DNA of 64,000 nucleotides from Alphaproteobacteria bacterium (lineage in GTDB: Bacteria; Pseudomonadota; Alphaproteobacteria; Rickettsiales; UBA998): positions 3,325-67,324 of the forward strand of contig JAYUJH010000041.1 in the NCBI GenBank assembly GCA_043765375.1, given 5' to 3'. Numbering within the stretch: the first letter of the stretch is position 1; the number at the start of each line of letters is the position of its first letter. Positions 38,263 through 48,242 of the stretch are shown here, piece after piece. Both the position numbers and the translations under genes were made by a program. The notes under the pieces were generated by a model, which saw only the letters and a program-made list of their open reading frames with translations, made no database searches and was not told the DNA's origin.

Positions 38263-39017
38263 TATAATTGCTCCTTAATTTTATTGATTTTAGTAATTGT
38301 TGCAACAGGCGCACGCACCGCAATGGTTGGTAGCGGTGGACAAATTGCATCTATCTCAGCCGTTAGCTTCTCAAGTGAACGCTCCGCATCGCCAAATTGC
38401 CACTCTATTCTGATGTCACCACGTTGCATATTTTCATCAGAGGCAACTTGTAACTCACCCGCATAGCCCGCATCGGAGATTTGTGCGTTAATATCATTCC
38501 AAAACTCAGACGCATCTGCCTCACATACCATGATTTTTAGGCTTGGATAATCCAAAATATGGGGCAGACATTTTTCAATCATCTCACGCAATAATGCAAG
38601 CGAGTTTTGTTCAATCGCTTGCCCGCCTAGTTTTTTCGCCACGCTAAAAGCAAGTTGCGCAAGGGTTGTATGTTGCGCCTCAATTTGCGTTTTGATAACA
38701 TCATTTGCGTTGGTGATTTGTTCATTCAAGGCTTGCAATTGCTGATTTAAGCGCATTTGATTTTGCACCTCTTGCTGTTGATGCGCTGATATTGCTGCAT
38801 TTCTGCCTTCTTCCACGCCACGTTCATAGGCTATTTTTTTCGCTTGCTCCAGCTCGTTTTCAGAAAATATTGGGGCAATTGGTGCTTGAATTACCTCAAT
38901 TGGAACAATTTCTGGCGCATCATCAATCAGTGAGATTTCAATGAAATCCTCAGCCTTATTGAAATCCCGCAATGCAAAAAAATCAAAACGTTTTATTTGA
39001 ATAATATCATTTCTCAT
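38262..39017 (-). CDS. flagellar assembly protein FliH/FlbE-like
   Basis: 251 aa. Position between fliG and fliN, central coiled-coil (EEGRNAAISAHQQQEVQNQMRLNQQLQALNEQ), and a start overlapping the fliN boundary. Sequence similarity is only weakly recognisable. Confidence 0.55.
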   Translation of the reverse strand: MRNDIIQIKRFDFFALRDFNKAEDFIEISLIDDAPEIVPIEVIQAPIAPIFSENELEQAKKIAYERGVEEGRNAAISAHQQQEVQNQMRLNQQLQALNEQITNANDVIKTQIEAQHTTLAQLAFSVAKKLGGQAIEQNSLALLREMIEKCLPHILDYPSLKIMVCEADASEFWNDINAQISDAGYAGELQVASDENMQRGDIRIEWQFGDAERSLEKLTAEIDAICPPLPTIAVRAPVATITKINKIKEQL

Positions 39018-39054
39018 ATTTATCAGCCTTGATTGTTAGTTGTTAAATATTAGT

Positions 39055-40080
39055 TTAATATACAAACTGGTCTTCTCCATTAGCTTCGGCAATCATTATT
39101 TCCCCTTTGGTGGCGAGGTCTTTAGCAATTCCCACTACATACATTTGTGCTTCATCAACATCTTTCAAACGCACAGGCCCCATTGATTCCATATCCTCCA
39201 ATAATATTTTTGCTGCCCGCTCCGACATATTACCAAAAAATAAATCTTTCAACACATCAGATGAACCTTTCAATGCCATTGCTAATTTTTCCTTGTCAAG
39301 GTTGCGCATCATGGTTTGTATGCCAGCTGAATTGATTTTGACTAAATCCTCAAATGTGAACATTAAATTGCGTATTTTTTCAGCGGAATCAGGGCTTCTC
39401 TGCTCCAAATGTCCCATGAACTTGCCTTCTGAATTGCGGTCAAAATTGTTGAAAATATCCGCCATCATTTCATAACTATCACGTTTTTGGGTTTTAGATA
39501 TATTGCTCATAAACTCTTGACGCAAAGTTTTTTCCACCCCTTCAACTACTTCTTTTTTGACGGAATCCATGATAAGCATACGATTGATAACTTCAATCGT
39601 TAATTCTTCAGGCAGTGCGGTCAATACTTTGGCGGCGTGGTCGGGGCGTATTTTGGAGATAATCAAAGCAATTGTTTGCGGATATTCATTTTTCAGGAAT
39701 GATGCTAGCACCTCCTCATTAACATTTGCGAGTTTGTCCCAAGTGGTGCGTCCTGCGGGCCCGCGGATTTCGTCCATGATTGAACCAACTCGCTCTTTGC
39801 CAAGGGCTTTTGCAAGTAATCGTTGGGTGGAGTCAAAGCTGCCAATCAACACACCAGCTGCACTCATCTGCTCGGTGAACTCGCTAAATAATCGCTCCAC
39901 ACATTCAGAATCAACTTTGCCTAAGCTAGACATCGCCGTTGAAATATCCTTGATTTCATCATCACCCATCATTCCAAACAATTTGCTAGCTGCCTCGTCA
40001 CTGACGGACATCATCATAATAGCTGTTTTTTGCACTCCAGTTATTGAGCGATAATCATCTTTGGTGATAGATTTTGCCAT
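39055..40080 (-). CDS. fliG: flagellar motor switch protein FliG
   Basis: 341 aa. Blocks AAKVLTALPEE, MFTFEDL and the C-terminal torque helix region LKDVDEAQMYVVGIAKDL. Confidence 0.93.
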   Translation of the reverse strand: MAKSITKDDYRSITGVQKTAIMMMSVSDEAASKLFGMMGDDEIKDISTAMSSLGKVDSECVERLFSEFTEQMSAAGVLIGSFDSTQRLLAKALGKERVGSIMDEIRGPAGRTTWDKLANVNEEVLASFLKNEYPQTIALIISKIRPDHAAKVLTALPEELTIEVINRMLIMDSVKKEVVEGVEKTLRQEFMSNISKTQKRDSYEMMADIFNNFDRNSEGKFMGHLEQRSPDSAEKIRNLMFTFEDLVKINSAGIQTMMRNLDKEKLAMALKGSSDVLKDLFFGNMSERAAKILLEDMESMGPVRLKDVDEAQMYVVGIAKDLATKGEIMIAEANGEDQFVY

Positions 40081-40186
40081 TTATGCTAATCCTTATAAAA
40101 CTGAATGACTATTTGAAATTAAATTAATATGTGAAATTAAATTATCATTTGAAACTGAATTACTATGTGAAACCGAGTGATTATTT

Positions 40187-41809
40187 TTAATTGTTATCTT
40201 CATAAACCCAACTCCGTAGCACTGTGAGGCTTTCCTCGGGGTTATTTTCAATTAAATCATTTATTTTGCGGTAAAGCGAGGATTTAATTGGCCCATTAAT
40301 TTTGTCAATGGTGACGGTGGAATTATCATTTTCGTCAATGCTGAAATCCTCCAACAAGCCAGACATTGAAGGAGCAGAGAGGAGTTTTTGTAACTCCGCA
40401 TCTTCCGCTTCATTGCGTTCTTGGTTGCTGATGGTTTTGTTGACAATTGGACGTATGATTAATAATATCACTAATATTGCCACGGTTGCTAGCACTAAAG
40501 TTTGAAAAATTGAGTTAAAATCACGCTTTAACCAATCAAATGCCGATTCTTTTTCTATTAACATACTGTCTGAGAATTGCATATTAACTACTTCAATCAC
40601 ATCTCCCCTGTCTGCATCATAACCAACGGCGGAGCGCACTAATGTTTCTAACTGCGCCAATTCTTCAGCACTGCGGGGTTGGTATTGTGAAACACCATCA
40701 GCATTTGCATTATAAACGCCATCAATCAACACGGCGATGCTCAAACGATTAACTTTTCCCGTTTCTTTAACGTGATTTTGCACGGTTTTGGATATTTCAA
40801 AATTAGTAGTTTCATCGGTTCGCTGCATATTGCGGTTGACATCAAGCCCAGCATTATCAGCTTTTTTGTCGGGCAGGTTATTTGCAACTGAAACATTATC
40901 GCTTTGAGTTTTCTCAGTTTCTTGCTCATTTTCTTCAATTGATTGCACAGATCTTGCAACTTGTCCTTCAGGATCAAACTTCTCGGAATTAGTGACAATT
41001 CTATCAAAATCAATATCCGCATTAACTTCGGCTTTCACTTTGCCATAACCAACGGAACGCTCAAGCAATGATTCAATGGTTGAAGTGAGTTTTTTCTCAT
41101 AATTACTGCGAAACTCTTGGCTAGCCGCTGCCAAAACTTCAGGGTCATTTTCATCTTCAATGCCCTTGGCAAGCATTCGCCCTTGATTATCAATAATCGT
41201 GATACGAGTTGGCTTCAGCCCCGTGACTGATGTTGCAACTAAATGTTTAATTGCATTCACTTCCATTTTGCCAAGTTCAGTTGAACCTCGCAAACTTAAT
41301 ATCACTGATGCGGTTGGATCACGCTTATCACGGTTGAATAATTCACGTTTGGGAATAACAAGGTGAACCCGAGCCGAACTAACTTGTTTTATGGTGGCGA
41401 TGGTGCGAGCTAATTCGCCCTCAAGTGCGCGCAATTTATTAACATTTAACACAAAGTTTGATGTTCCGAGTGCATCACCACTATCAAATATTTCATAACC
41501 AACGCCAGAACCATTGCTTGGCAAGCCTTTTCCAGCAAGCATCACACGGGCTTGATCCACTTTATCATCTGGAACGAGAACTTGTTTGCCACCAGCTGCT
41601 AGCTCATATGGAATGCCTAGTTGGTCTAATTCCTCAACAATTTCTGCACCATCTTCAAGGGAGATATTGTTGAATAATGGTGACATAGTCGGGCTGGAGG
41701 CACGCATTGAGATGAATACGAAAAAGGCGAGCAAAGCGAATCCAACTGCCGCCATTGCGCCAATTTTTGTTTTATTCATTTCGCCGAAAGATTGCGCAAT
41801 AGCATTCAC
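40187..41809 (-). CDS. fliF: flagellar M-ring protein FliF
   Basis: YscJ/FliF family: LFNNISLEDGAEIVEELDQLGIPYEL, SARVHLVIPKRELF, C-terminal TM. Start set to GTG 41809 with GGAG 9 nt upstream. The alternative is ATG 41779; the track start TTG 41881 is unlikely. Confidence 0.9.
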   Translation of the reverse strand: MNAIAQSFGEMNKTKIGAMAAVGFALLAFFVFISMRASSPTMSPLFNNISLEDGAEIVEELDQLGIPYELAAGGKQVLVPDDKVDQARVMLAGKGLPSNGSGVGYEIFDSGDALGTSNFVLNVNKLRALEGELARTIATIKQVSSARVHLVIPKRELFNRDKRDPTASVILSLRGSTELGKMEVNAIKHLVATSVTGLKPTRITIIDNQGRMLAKGIEDENDPEVLAAASQEFRSNYEKKLTSTIESLLERSVGYGKVKAEVNADIDFDRIVTNSEKFDPEGQVARSVQSIEENEQETEKTQSDNVSVANNLPDKKADNAGLDVNRNMQRTDETTNFEISKTVQNHVKETGKVNRLSIAVLIDGVYNANADGVSQYQPRSAEELAQLETLVRSAVGYDADRGDVIEVVNMQFSDSMLIEKESAFDWLKRDFNSIFQTLVLATVAILVILLIIRPIVNKTISNQERNEAEDAELQKLLSAPSMSGLLEDFSIDENDNSTVTIDKINGPIKSSLYRKINDLIENNPEESLTVLRSWVYEDNN

Positions 41810-42135
41810 AATGAATATCTCCGCTTTAATAATATTTTTTATATATATTCCAATATTCACATGAGTTTGCAGAAAATGCAACCAAGTTTTTCGCTAAGCA
41901 AGCAATATTTACCTAGTAAGCTGATATTATATTGTAATTTTGGCATTTTTGCAACAATCATTATGATGATAATATGTTGGCTGTGGTAATTTTTGCCTAG
42001 GTTGTGTTGTGTTTTCTACTGTTGCTTGCTGCAAATCGCATTAACTAATTTTAGTAACTAATTTTTTTGGCTGCAATTATTTAATATTTTTCATGTATCA
42101 CATTATAAGTTGACGCAAAACTGATAATTGCGTAA

Positions 42136-43212
<1,077 letters not shown>

Positions 43213-43349
43213 TTTTTTTGTGTTGTTATGAAAATGTTGTTATGAAAATATAGTGTAGCTTAATTATGACAATTAATTGCAATTAATAGCAATTAATTTC
43301 TATCATACTGTTGACATGTTGCCAAATTATAATGTATATTACTAATATT

Positions 43350-43556
43350 ATGTCATTACAAAGTTTTTTATCAAAAAAAGGAATTACGCCCAGCAAATAC
43401 GGCGATTATCAGGATTATATTGAGGAGAAACAAAAAACAATAGTTCCTTCTCTTTATCGCACCGATATTGCGCCTGTGCGTGGAAGTGTGCATTTGGCTA
43501 TGGGGCGTGTGTGGAGTGCCAAGAAAATTAATGACAAATGGAATAATATTCGTTAA
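43350..43556 (+). CDS. small hypothetical protein (68 aa from ATG 43350)
   Basis: The track ORF starts at a TTG that is itself a TTGACA -35 box. In-frame ATGs lie at 43332 and 43350, and there is no clear SD. Ends 11 nt before the next ORF. Confidence 0.35.
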   Translation: MSLQSFLSKKGITPSKYGDYQDYIEEKQKTIVPSLYRTDIAPVRGSVHLAMGRVWSAKKINDKWNNIR

Positions 43557-43567
43557 ATAAAGTCCAT

Positions 43568-44191
43568 ATGGACCAATTTAAGCAACTGAGAATTGATAAA
43601 ATTAATGAAGCATTATTGTTTTATGAAGAATATTTTACAAAATATTTTGCAACAGTAATATCTTTAACTGAGAAAATACCAGAGCAAATAAATAACGAGA
43701 TAAGAAATGCTTTTTCTCATCTCGTTCGTGTTAATATTGCGCAGACAAAAGCAGAAATCATAGATGAGGCCGCTAAGGCAATAGGTCATATTGAGCGTGC
43801 ATGTCGTGATTGTTTGAAAATATGTATAGCTGAATCATACGATAATATTAAATTGCAATGTGATTATGCTTTAACTTATTATAAAGCGATATCCCCTAAC
43901 CATACGGCTGAAAAAAGATGGCTGATTGAAGAGCGAAAGAATATTAGCTTGGAAGAAATAAAAGGTGAAAAATCTTTGACTGGAAGATTTGAAGAACTGT
44001 TGAGCCGAATGCTTGCATTAAAAGAAAGCCTTGAGGAACAATATGGCTTACAACCGAGAAAAGCATCAAAAATAAAATTGCTGCTTACTCAATGGCTTGG
44101 TGCTGGGGTTGCTGCTGGAATTGGTAAAGTTGTTTTTATATTTATTGGTGCTGGACTAATGTGGTTAGCAAAATATTGTGAGTTGATATAA
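43568..44191 (+). CDS. hypothetical helical protein with R-N-x3-H motif and C-terminal TM anchor
   Basis: 207 aa, AT-rich. Has NNEIRNAFSHLVRV (RNxxxH, residues 46-51) and HIERACRDCLK. The C-terminus LLLTQWLGAGVAAGIGKVVFIFIGAGLMWLA is hydrophobic. Its stop (44189-44191) ends one base before the fdx start codon at 44193. Confidence 0.55.
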   Translation: MDQFKQLRIDKINEALLFYEEYFTKYFATVISLTEKIPEQINNEIRNAFSHLVRVNIAQTKAEIIDEAAKAIGHIERACRDCLKICIAESYDNIKLQCDYALTYYKAISPNHTAEKRWLIEERKNISLEEIKGEKSLTGRFEELLSRMLALKESLEEQYGLQPRKASKIKLLLTQWLGAGVAAGIGKVVFIFIGAGLMWLAKYCELI

Positions 44192-44192
44192 A

Positions 44193-44513
44193 ATGCAAAT
44201 AGTTAATGTAATTGTGACGGATATGTTGGGTGTGGAGCATAATTTGGAGGGGCTGGTTGGCTGGCGACTGATGGAGGTCATTCGTGATTATGGTTTGCCG
44301 ATTAAAGCGGAATGTGGTGGGGCGTGCAGTTGCGCCACTTGCCATATATATATTGAAAGCGATATGGATTTGCCAATCATGTGTGATGAAGAATTGGAGC
44401 GGTTGGACGAAGCCTTTGAAGTGCGCCCAAACTCGCGCCTTGCTTGCCAAATAATCCTTGATGAATCAATGCAGGGCTTGCGAGTGAAGCTGGCTGCTGG
44501 CAGTGAACCATAA
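44193..44513 (+). CDS. fdx: 2Fe-2S ferredoxin (adrenodoxin/putidaredoxin type)
   Basis: 106 aa. Cluster ligand motif CGGACSCATCH...C (LACQI). Confidence 0.9.
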   Translation: MQIVNVIVTDMLGVEHNLEGLVGWRLMEVIRDYGLPIKAECGGACSCATCHIYIESDMDLPIMCDEELERLDEAFEVRPNSRLACQIILDESMQGLRVKLAAGSEP

Positions 44514-44521
44514 ATATATAT

Positions 44522-45322
44522 ATGTTAAGTCGTATTGCATTATTGATTGAATATCATGGGAGCGCATTTCATGGCTGGCAATTTCAGCCTAATTTGTCAA
44601 CGGTGCAGGGGGCAATTCAAGCAGCGATTTATCAATATTGCGGGCAGGAAGTGGAGTTGCATTGTGCGGGGCGGACTGATGCGGGCGTTCACGCAGTGGC
44701 GCAAGTTGCACATGTAGATTTGGCGGGGGTGCATCAACCTTTCCGTGTGATGGACGCTGTGAACTTTTATTTGAGGAATGGTGATTTTAACTTCAATAAT
44801 GCACATATTAAACATGATTTTGCCAATAAAGTTGCCATCATTAATGCACAAAGCGTGCCTGATTCATTTCATGCTCGCTTTAGTGCAAAATCACGGCGAT
44901 ATCAATATCGGGTGATAATAAGGCGGTCACCATTAGTGTTGGAACATGGTTTGGCATGGCGCATTCAGAGTGAACTGGATATGGACGCAATGCGGGAGGC
45001 GGCGCAAATGATGCTTGGGGAGCATGATTTTAATTCATTTCGTTCGGGTGATTGTCAAGCGAAGAACTCCATCAAAAAATTGGATATATTGGAAATTATT
45101 CAAGTGGGCGAGCATATAATTTTTAATGTCAAGGCAAAATCATTCCTTCATAATCAGGTGCGGATTATGGCGGGGACGCTGGTGCAAATTGGCAAGGGGT
45201 TATATCCACCGAGTGTTATCTCGCAAATGTTTGCGGGTAATCATCGCCGTTGCGCTGGTATGACTGCTCCAGCTGAGGGGCTGTTTTTCATGGAAGTTGA
45301 ATATGATGATTTGTCGTGGTGA
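44522..45322 (+). CDS. truA: tRNA pseudouridine(38-40) synthase
   Basis: Motifs YHGSAFHGWQFQP, the catalytic GRTDAGVHA, and RRYQYRV. Confidence 0.92.
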   Translation: MLSRIALLIEYHGSAFHGWQFQPNLSTVQGAIQAAIYQYCGQEVELHCAGRTDAGVHAVAQVAHVDLAGVHQPFRVMDAVNFYLRNGDFNFNNAHIKHDFANKVAIINAQSVPDSFHARFSAKSRRYQYRVIIRRSPLVLEHGLAWRIQSELDMDAMREAAQMMLGEHDFNSFRSGDCQAKNSIKKLDILEIIQVGEHIIFNVKAKSFLHNQVRIMAGTLVQIGKGLYPPSVISQMFAGNHRRCAGMTAPAEGLFFMEVEYDDLSW

Positions 45323-45326
45323 ATAG

Positions 45327-45382
45327 ATGTATATACAATTTGTATATACATGATTGACTTTTAATGGGGAATGTTTTATTAT
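45327..45382 (+). promoter_or_regulatory. 25-bp perfect palindrome abutting a sigma70-like promoter (candidate brnTA operator/promoter)
   Basis: ATGTATATACAA-T-TTGTATATACAT (45327-45351), followed by TTGACT (45354-45359), a 17-nt spacer and TATTAT (45377-45382). Confidence 0.4.
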
Positions 45383-45492
45383 TATAAGTGGTTAGAAATA
45401 TAATAAATATTATATGACTATTTTTCAATTAAAATTATAATGTGATGGTGGGTATATGGAGCAATTATTAAATCAAAATAGGAATGTAAAAT

Positions 45493-45774
45493 ATGAATAT
45501 CAGCTACTCACAAACGAAGAACCAACAGAACATAGAAAAGCATGGTATTTCATTTGAACTAATAGAAGAAATGGAGCAGACGACTTCATATACCAAACAA
45601 GATTTAAGAAATAAATATAACGAGCCAAGATTTATAAGTTATGGTTTTATTCGTAATAGGTTGCACATATTAATATGGACTTTAAGGGAATATAAAATGC
45701 GTGCAATTAGCTTGCGCAAAGCCAACAAAAAAGAAGAGAGAGAATATTATGACAAAATGGGAACAAGAGATTGA
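45493..45774 (+). CDS. brnT: BrnT-family (DUF497) toxin
   Basis: 93 aa. N-terminal QQNIEKHGISFE, central EPRFISYG and C-terminal MRAISLRKANKKEEREY match the BrnT pattern (KHG-x-F ... E-x-R ... R-x-IS-x-R-x-A). Confidence 0.78.
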   Translation: MNISYSQTKNQQNIEKHGISFELIEEMEQTTSYTKQDLRNKYNEPRFISYGFIRNRLHILIWTLREYKMRAISLRKANKKEEREYYDKMGTRD

Positions 45775-46045
45775 AGATGCAGATGACGCATGGGCTGATA
45801 TACCATTAACGGACGAAGAATCAGCTGCTTTTCCAACTTATTTCGGGATAGATGGGTTGCCTGAAGATGCAAGAAATGCGTTTTTGAACTTTGTGGCAGA
45901 AATTAAAGAGCGCAAAAAGAAAGCAATTTCGGTGCGTATTGATGAGGATATAATTGCATGGTTGAAATCTTCTAGTGATGCTTATCAAACACAATTAAAC
46001 ATGATTTTACGCCAAGCAATGCTAAAAGATATTGCGGGCAAATAA
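45749..46045 (+). CDS. brnA: BrnA-family (DUF4415/RHH) antitoxin
   Basis: ATG 45749 overlaps the brnT 3' end by 26 nt. The C-terminal KKKAISVRIDEDIIAWLKSSSDAYQTQLNMILRQAM matches the BrnA/DUF4415 signature. Confidence 0.72.
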   Translation: MTKWEQEIEDADDAWADIPLTDEESAAFPTYFGIDGLPEDARNAFLNFVAEIKERKKKAISVRIDEDIIAWLKSSSDAYQTQLNMILRQAMLKDIAGK

Positions 46046-46085
46046 GAACTTGGCAAAAACGATTAGCTGTTATAATGTGCAAATC

Positions 46086-46931
46086 ATGGAAACAGATAAT
46101 ATTATAGCTTTTATGGGGGTGGCGGGTGCAAATGCTGATCTCGCTTGTCGCCAGAAGCAACCTTATATGAATACACTCGCATTGCCAAGTTTTGATGATG
46201 TGTTTGAGGCGGTGGCAGAGGGGCGAGCAAAGTTTGGTATGTTGCCAATTGAGAACTCGCAAGCGGGCAGGGTGGCGGAGATTCATAATTTACTACCCCG
46301 CACAGATTTGCATATTATAGGTGAGCATATTCAGCGCATTGAGCATCATTTGATGGGCGTTAAAGGTGCGGATATTAATAATATTCAATATATTTATTCG
46401 CACCCGCAGGCGTTGATGCAATGTCGTGATAATTTGCGCAAGTTTAATGCGCAGTTGCACCCGCATTCCAACACGGCAGTTGCGGCAAGTGACGTTGCCA
46501 AATGGAATGACCCAACCAAAGTTGCGATTGCCTCAGATTTGGCGGCGGAACTTTATGGTTTGGAGATTTTGCAGCGAAATATTGAAGATGCGTCGGATAA
46601 TGTTACAGTATTTGTGGTGATTGCCCGTGAACCATCTGACCCTGAACCAAATGATGGCTTAACTTTGACATCATTATTATTTGAATTGCGCAATATTCCC
46701 TCGGCGTTATATAAAGCAATTGGTGGATTTGCGACAAATGGCGTGAATCTGATCAAGTTGGAGAGTTATATTCGGGGCGGTGGGAGCGTGGAATCGCAGT
46801 TTTTTGTAACATTTGAGGGACACCCTTCCAGCCCCAATGTGCAGCGTGCGCTTGAAGAACTTGGTTTTTATTCCCGCAAAGTCAAGGTTTTGGGAGTATA
46901 TTTGGCGGATAAAAAACGTTATAAGCAATAA
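46086..46931 (+). CDS. pheA: prephenate dehydratase
   Basis: PDT domain (IAFMGVAGANADLAC...LPIENSQAGRV) plus an ACT domain. Start set to ATG 46086 (METDNIIAF). Confidence 0.88.
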   Translation: METDNIIAFMGVAGANADLACRQKQPYMNTLALPSFDDVFEAVAEGRAKFGMLPIENSQAGRVAEIHNLLPRTDLHIIGEHIQRIEHHLMGVKGADINNIQYIYSHPQALMQCRDNLRKFNAQLHPHSNTAVAASDVAKWNDPTKVAIASDLAAELYGLEILQRNIEDASDNVTVFVVIAREPSDPEPNDGLTLTSLLFELRNIPSALYKAIGGFATNGVNLIKLESYIRGGGSVESQFFVTFEGHPSSPNVQRALEELGFYSRKVKVLGVYLADKKRYKQ

Positions 46932-46984
46932 TTTTTTATGCTTGTAATTAGTGGAATTATAAATTATAAACAGATTTCATTTTT

Positions 46985-47060
46985 GCCCGAATAGCTCAGT
47001 TGGTAGAGCAAAGGATTGAAAATCCTTGTGTCGCTGGTTCGAATCCGGCTTCGGGCACCA
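46985..47060 (+). tRNA. tRNA-Phe (anticodon GAA)
   Basis: 76 nt cloverleaf: acceptor GCCCGAA/TTCGGGC, D-arm GCTCAGTTGGTAGAGC, anticodon stem AAGGA/TCCTT with loop TTGAAAA, T-arm GCTGGTTCGAATCCGGC, encoded CCA. Confidence 0.95.
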
Positions 47061-47165
47061 TATTTATTCATTGCTATATGTTGGTTATTGTCGCTTGATT
47101 ATTGATGATTTTGAGGGTAAGTTATCCCTTGAAGTAATTGGTGGAAGATAATTTTTAAGGTGCAA

Positions 47166-48242
47166 ATGATGCTTGAACGGCAATCTGAGAATATACATGT
47201 TAATGATGTTATGAATGGTGATGTGGTCATTGAAAATGAGAATGGCGCAGATTTTGTGGAAAATATTTCGCTAAAAGATGATGTGAAAGATATTTCACCA
47301 AATAAAAATAACAATAAAAATAATAATAATAAAATAGCGAAATTATGTTGGGTTGCGGGTTTATGCGCCGTGATTTTTGGCAGCTGGTGGGTGGCTAATT
47401 TACCTGATGAGCAGAAAGCTCAAGCGCAACGCAAACAGCAATTTGCACAGGCGAAACAATTAGTTGCACAAAATCAACTAAACCGTCAGCAGGAGTTGGA
47501 TAAATTAGGGTTGGATAAGTTAGAGGAAAAATCTGTTGCGAGCGGCATTAAAACGGGTGATGATTTGCCCGCAAGTCTAAATAATCAAGCTCCAAATATA
47601 GCAACTCCTAACCTTAAAATATTAGGCGTGCAGAATAATTCAGATGGTGGTGAAATATTAACAAGTGATAATGCAGCAACCTCGCTTATGAAGGAAGATG
47701 TTATTGCGGAGCAAAATCAAAGCGTGAAAGATGATATTGTGAAAGGGCAATTAGTTGAGGAGCAAGCAGTTTTGAAACAAAAATTAGTTGCAAAAAACTT
47801 GATAATCAAACAATTGCAAAGGGAATTAGAGCAATCAAAACAACAAAATATTGCATTGCAACAGCGAAATGTGGAGCAAGCTGAATTATTTAAGCCATAT
47901 TTGAAAATTATTCCGCAAATTGCCAAATCCAAGCCATTGAATGAATTGTTGCAAATGGCAGTAGATGATTATTATAATCATAATCAGCAAGGTGGAATGA
48001 TTGGTTCATTGGTGATGATGCGCAAAATTGGGGCGGATCATGCGGGTGGTGATGATGCTTCAATTATCGCAAGATTAGAGCATTATGCGCAAAATAATCA
48101 ACTTAAAGATGCAGTTGAGTTGGCGCAAAGTTTGAGTGTTGAGGCATCGCCTTATTTTAAGAAATGGCGAAAAATTGCTTATGCACATTTGGAGATGCAA
48201 CGAATGGTTGAGCAAAACTTAAAAATTGGAGGGGCGCAATGA
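47166..48242 (+). CDS. alphaproteobacterial Mic60-like protein (mitofilin-domain; often annotated HemX-like)
   Basis: N-terminal TM (LCWVAGLCAVIFGSWWVA), long Gln-rich coiled coil, and a conserved C-terminal helix bundle (DAVELAQSL...YFKKWRKIAYAHLEMQ). Translationally coupled (ATGA) to the HemY_N gene. Confidence 0.6.
   Translation: MMLERQSENIHVNDVMNGDVVIENENGADFVENISLKDDVKDISPNKNNNKNNNNKIAKLCWVAGLCAVIFGSWWVANLPDEQKAQAQRKQQFAQAKQLVAQNQLNRQQELDKLGLDKLEEKSVASGIKTGDDLPASLNNQAPNIATPNLKILGVQNNSDGGEILTSDNAATSLMKEDVIAEQNQSVKDDIVKGQLVEEQAVLKQKLVAKNLIIKQLQRELEQSKQQNIALQQRNVEQAELFKPYLKIIPQIAKSKPLNELLQMAVDDYYNHNQQGGMIGSLVMMRKIGADHAGGDDASIIARLEHYAQNNQLKDAVELAQSLSVEASPYFKKWRKIAYAHLEMQRMVEQNLKIGGAQ

Noticed and set aside
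41938-41956. Possible sigma-54 promoter TTGGCATTTTTGCA and Fur-like ATCATTATGATGATAAT in the fliF/FNR spacer
   Set aside because: The GG and GC elements are separated by 7 nt, not the required 10. The Fur-like hexamers are in the wrong relative orientation and spacing for the 19-bp consensus.
42040-42062. A CtrA box (TTAA-N7-TTAA) upstream of fliF in TTAACTAATTTTAGTAACTAATTT
   Set aside because: The second half-site is TAGT rather than TTAA. It is only a direct repeat of TAACTAATTT, which is not sufficient to call a CtrA site.
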